A stretch of DNA of 63,784 nt, the filler included, from Reticulomyxa filosa (taxonomy: Eukaryota > Protista > Foraminifera), in the NCBI GenBank assembly GCA_000512085.1. It is 17 parts of 17 records of this genome, joined end to end, with 100 filler letters (N's around TTAATTAATTAA, not from the genome) between each part and the next. Parts side by side here need not be neighbours in the genome. Positions count along the whole stretch, not along the records: positions 59,904 to 61,357 come from ASPP01003393.1; positions 61,458 to 62,644 come from ASPP01007898.1; positions 62,745 to 63,784 come from ASPP01029468.1; 14 more parts are not named here. One strand, written 5' to 3'. Below are positions 60,596 to 63,784 of the stretch, piece by piece. Numbering within the stretch: position 1 is the stretch's first letter; each line of letters begins with the position of its first letter. Both the position numbers and the translations under genes were made by a program. The notes beneath the pieces were generated by a model. The model saw only the letters and a program-made list of their open reading frames with translations, was not told the origin of the DNA and ran no database searches.

Positions 60596-61457
60596 TAAGA
60601 AGCAATGGACAGAACAAAGGAAATGTGTGTGTGATGTGTGTATGAAAGAGATCTATCAATCGCTTAGTTAAAACAGAATAAACGAAGCGAAAAGACCAAA
60701 AGAAACAACAAACAGCCAGCTACAATACTTTTTCCCAAATACAAATAAGTCATTTCTCGAATTTCTATTGTATGTCTGGCTAGGTTTGAGTCATGTGGTC
60801 TTTTACATATGTGTTTTTCTTTCAAATGATGTTTTACTTATTTTACTAGTCTATTTTTTTAATTTGTTTTTTTAATTTTGTTTTTCCATTACTTTTACTT
60901 TTCCCCTCAAATTTGATTTGTCCCTTTGGGAATAATGAAAGGTCATCCATATCGGTTTACAGATTCTAATCGCTACGGGAAGGCAATGGCACATGACACT
61001 CGTGTATTTGTGTGTGTGTAATTTTTTTTTATCTGTCTTGTTGGCTTTGTTTTGTTTGTGTGTCGTTTTTGTTTTGTTTCAATGGCTATGATTTGTGTAA
61101 CCTTCGGCTAGAGTCATCAAACAAAAAAAAAACTGTTTTTAAACATACAAAATAATGTTCTAGGTAAAAACGATAGATCTTTAAACGTTATTGGTTTTTT
61201 TTACTTAGTTTTTGACATAAGAGCACATTTTGAGGAATACTTATATCTACTACAAATCTTTCTAGTAAAAGTTTGAAAAAAATTATGTGATTACAAATTA
61301 ATGAGCACGAGGGAAACCGGTCACTGCAGCATCATTTTATTTAATATTATATAGGTTNNNNNNNNNNNNNNNNNNNNNNNNNNNNNNNNNNNNNNNNNNN
61401 NTTAATTAATTAANNNNNNNNNNNNNNNNNNNNNNNNNNNNNNNNNNNNNNNNNNNN

Positions 61458-62595
61458 AAAAAAAAAAAAAAAAAAAAAAAAAAACGAAACAACGTGTGGA
61501 TGATTGGCAGTGGAGGTATGTGGAGAAACAATAGCAGGTCTCGCTTGAAGTAAGATTTTTTGTAATTCCTCTTGAATGCTATTTGCACGACTTCTCCAAA
61601 AGTTTTGATGCGATTCCAACATTGTAATGTTTTCTTGTTTTTGGCTTACTTCTTTTTTGAGTTGGATGATCTCTTCCAACAGTTTATTTTTTTCGCGATC
61701 AGCCATCCCAATTTCTCCCGATATTTTGTCTCTTTCCACCGTAACCATATCCAATTTTTTGTGTAGATCATTGTATTCTGTGCGCAGCGCCTCCCATTCT
61801 TGTCTCGTGACGGAGCCGTCTAATTGATCTTCCAACTTCCTCATATGTTCTTGTAGTTGAGCATTTTTCGTCGTTAATTTATCCACTTTCTAATCACAAA
61901 TTGTAATTGTAAAGGGAAAAGGGGGAGGGGTCAAGTTCGGAGGTTCACTTAAAAAAAAAATATATATGTACATATAAGTATATATATATATATGTATATA
62001 CTTATATGTATATTGTAACAAAACGTGGCTAATGGCTTTGAGCTGTTTATCTTTCGAAGTTTTTTCTTTCAATTCGACTTGTAAGTCTCCTTGCAACTGC
62101 TCCAGTTCCGCTTTCAATTGATGTATTTCATCATCGCGTTTTGACAGCTCGAGCTTGATGTCGTCGTGTGTCTTCAACAACTCTTCGTGCTTGTCCATCA
62201 TTTCTCGAGTCCTCTTGGTCTCTGCTTCCGCGACTTCCTTCATTTCTTTTTCCAATCGACCGTATTTATGCTTCCATTCTCGAGATTCTGCTTTCAATTG
62301 TATTTTGTCTTCATTCAATTTCGCAAAATCTCCGTCCATTTTCGATTGAATTTCTGTCACGTTTCCGACTTGCTTGTTCAGATGCTTCAAACTGTTTTGC
62401 AATGCGCATTTGTCCTCACTCAGTTCCAACAACTCTTCTTGCAATTCCATTTGCTTCATTTCTTTTTCCTTCAGCTTTCGCTGCAATTCTTCCATCTCAC
62501 CTTTCACTGTTTTCACTTGCGCTTCTAACTCGTCACCCCTCTTTTCGAGGCAAAGCACCTCCTTCTTTTCCTCTATCAATGCTTCCTTCACTCAT
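61458..62595 (-). CDS. Long coiled-coil protein, internal exons
   Basis: ORFs 61890-62591 and 61410-61886 are E/K/L heptad-rich and separated by a (TA)n intron. Confidence 0.65.
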
Positions 62596-62607
62596 TGTAT
62601 ATTATAC

Positions 62608-62644
<37 letters not shown>

Positions 62645-62899
62645 NNNNNNNNNNNNNNNNNNNNNNNNNNNNNNNNNNNNNNNNNNNNTTAATTAATTAA
62701 NNNNNNNNNNNNNNNNNNNNNNNNNNNNNNNNNNNNNNNNNNNNAAAAAAAAAGGAGAAGTACTTGGAGATTGATACGTATAAAAAAAGCATCCAGAATT
62801 TGTGAGTCGAATGGAAACAGAAAATTGGAATAAAGCTATTCATCCATTCATTAATATTGTTATTATTACTGCTATTGTTTTGAGTCATTGCTTTACGCT

Positions 62900-63784
62900 T
62901 GAGCTAGTAAAATAAATTAAACAAAAGTATCCTCATAAATTACTCTGGGATCTCTTTTTTGGTTCTTTCGCAAACATATTTCACTATTGCTTTACGCAAT
63001 TTCTCAGTCATATGTTTTGTTGTATATTTACATTAGCGTAATTAACTCTTATCTCGCTGAATTCAGCTCGCAAAGCGTAGTTGTGGATGATAATATCAAT
63101 CACTTTATTCAAATAGTTGAAAGTGATGTGAGTGTGCTGAATAATCATTCGAAAGTAAAAGTAAATGAGTGCCTTTACCAGAATCCGTCCAGTCTAAGTT
63201 CATCTGAAGATGTTTTTTGTTTTGTATTTTGGAGTCATTTCAGTACTATTCTTATTATCATTATTATATTTATTGTCATTGTTACAGTCATAGCCATAGT
63301 CGTTGCTACTGCCATTCCAATGAGAAATCTCCTTTTTCATTTGCTCTTCATTTTGTTGTTCTTCCTTTTGTTTTTTCGCTTCGTCGACTCCTTTGCAAAA
63401 CATTTTGGAAAAGTACAATATGACACAGTCTTGCGGTTCGTTCAAGCAATACGAGTCTTTTTTGCAATAATCAAACACCAAGTATTCGATAGCTCAAAGC
63501 ACTTGTTCGCCGCTGAACAACGTGTTCAGCGACTTGATCATGTGCTTTACCATCGGTAGGAAGTGCACTTTCATCGACGGCACATGTTTAGTGAACGAAA
63601 TGACTCGAACCAACGTGTGTCGTGCGTTCACAGGAGATTGGTTCATATGTTTTTGGTATCGACTGTGTTTCGGCGATCGCTTGATGTCGGCTTGCCCATC
63701 ATCACTTTCGGCTCCGTTCCGTCCTCTTCCAAACGGAACATGTGCTGTACCTCGTTGCTCACGTGCTCCTGATTCGACGAGCCC
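62900..63784 (-). pseudogene. Decayed coding sequence of unknown family
   Basis: A protein-like frame (…PMVKHMIKSLNTLFSGEQVL*AIEYLVFDYCKK…NIFR*T*TGRILVKALIYFYFRM…) continues through in-frame stops, with a frameshift near 63652. Confidence 0.45.

Noticed and set aside
1781-62744. Recurrent N44-TTAATTAATTAA-N44 units as a biological repeat or CRISPR-like array
   Set aside because: They are artificial contig linkers with stops in all six frames. ORFs containing X-runs or ending in LIN are artefacts of them.
62900-63784. Stop-codon reassignment (alternative genetic code)
   Set aside because: Conserved genes here end normally in TAA, TAG and TGA and have no in-frame stops at conserved sites.
1-63784. 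rRNA, tRNA or other structured RNA genes
   Set aside because: None recognised by eye. tRNAscan-SE and Infernal/Rfam would be needed to exclude them.

Overview
This is not a prokaryotic locus. It is a concatenation of 17 short contigs from an AT-rich, intron-containing eukaryote, joined by 16 artificial 100-bp linkers (N44-TTAATTAATTAA-N44), so adjacency across a linker means nothing. The expanded WD40 family, microsatellite-rich introns, many decayed genes and sequence style suggest the foraminifer Reticulomyxa filosa or a relative; this is an inference and no search was run. Recognisable genes, mostly spliced and often partial: the 3' end of an RNF213/mysterin-like gene, a MAN1/Src1 (MSC-domain) nuclear membrane protein, REX4 exonuclease head-to-head with a class IV sirtuin, PWP1, YJU2/CWC16 head-to-head with a PH-less AGC (Akt/SGK-like) kinase, a divergent kinesin, several paralogous WD40 propellers, a CPA1 Na+/H+ exchanger, a ZUP1/ZUFSP deubiquitinase and a divergent G-protein beta. 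There are also two remnants of a non-LTR retrotransposon and many pseudogene fragments and duplications. Most notable: (i) the sirtuin has Phe in place of the catalytic His; (ii) the WD40 paralogues differ mainly at propeller top-face positions behind a conserved N-terminal helical module, which could be a diversified receptor repertoire; (iii) GTT splice donors and A-rich acceptors are common; (iv) the G-beta has a Ste4-like insertion; (v) single-base frameshifts recur in otherwise intact genes and are probably sequencing errors.
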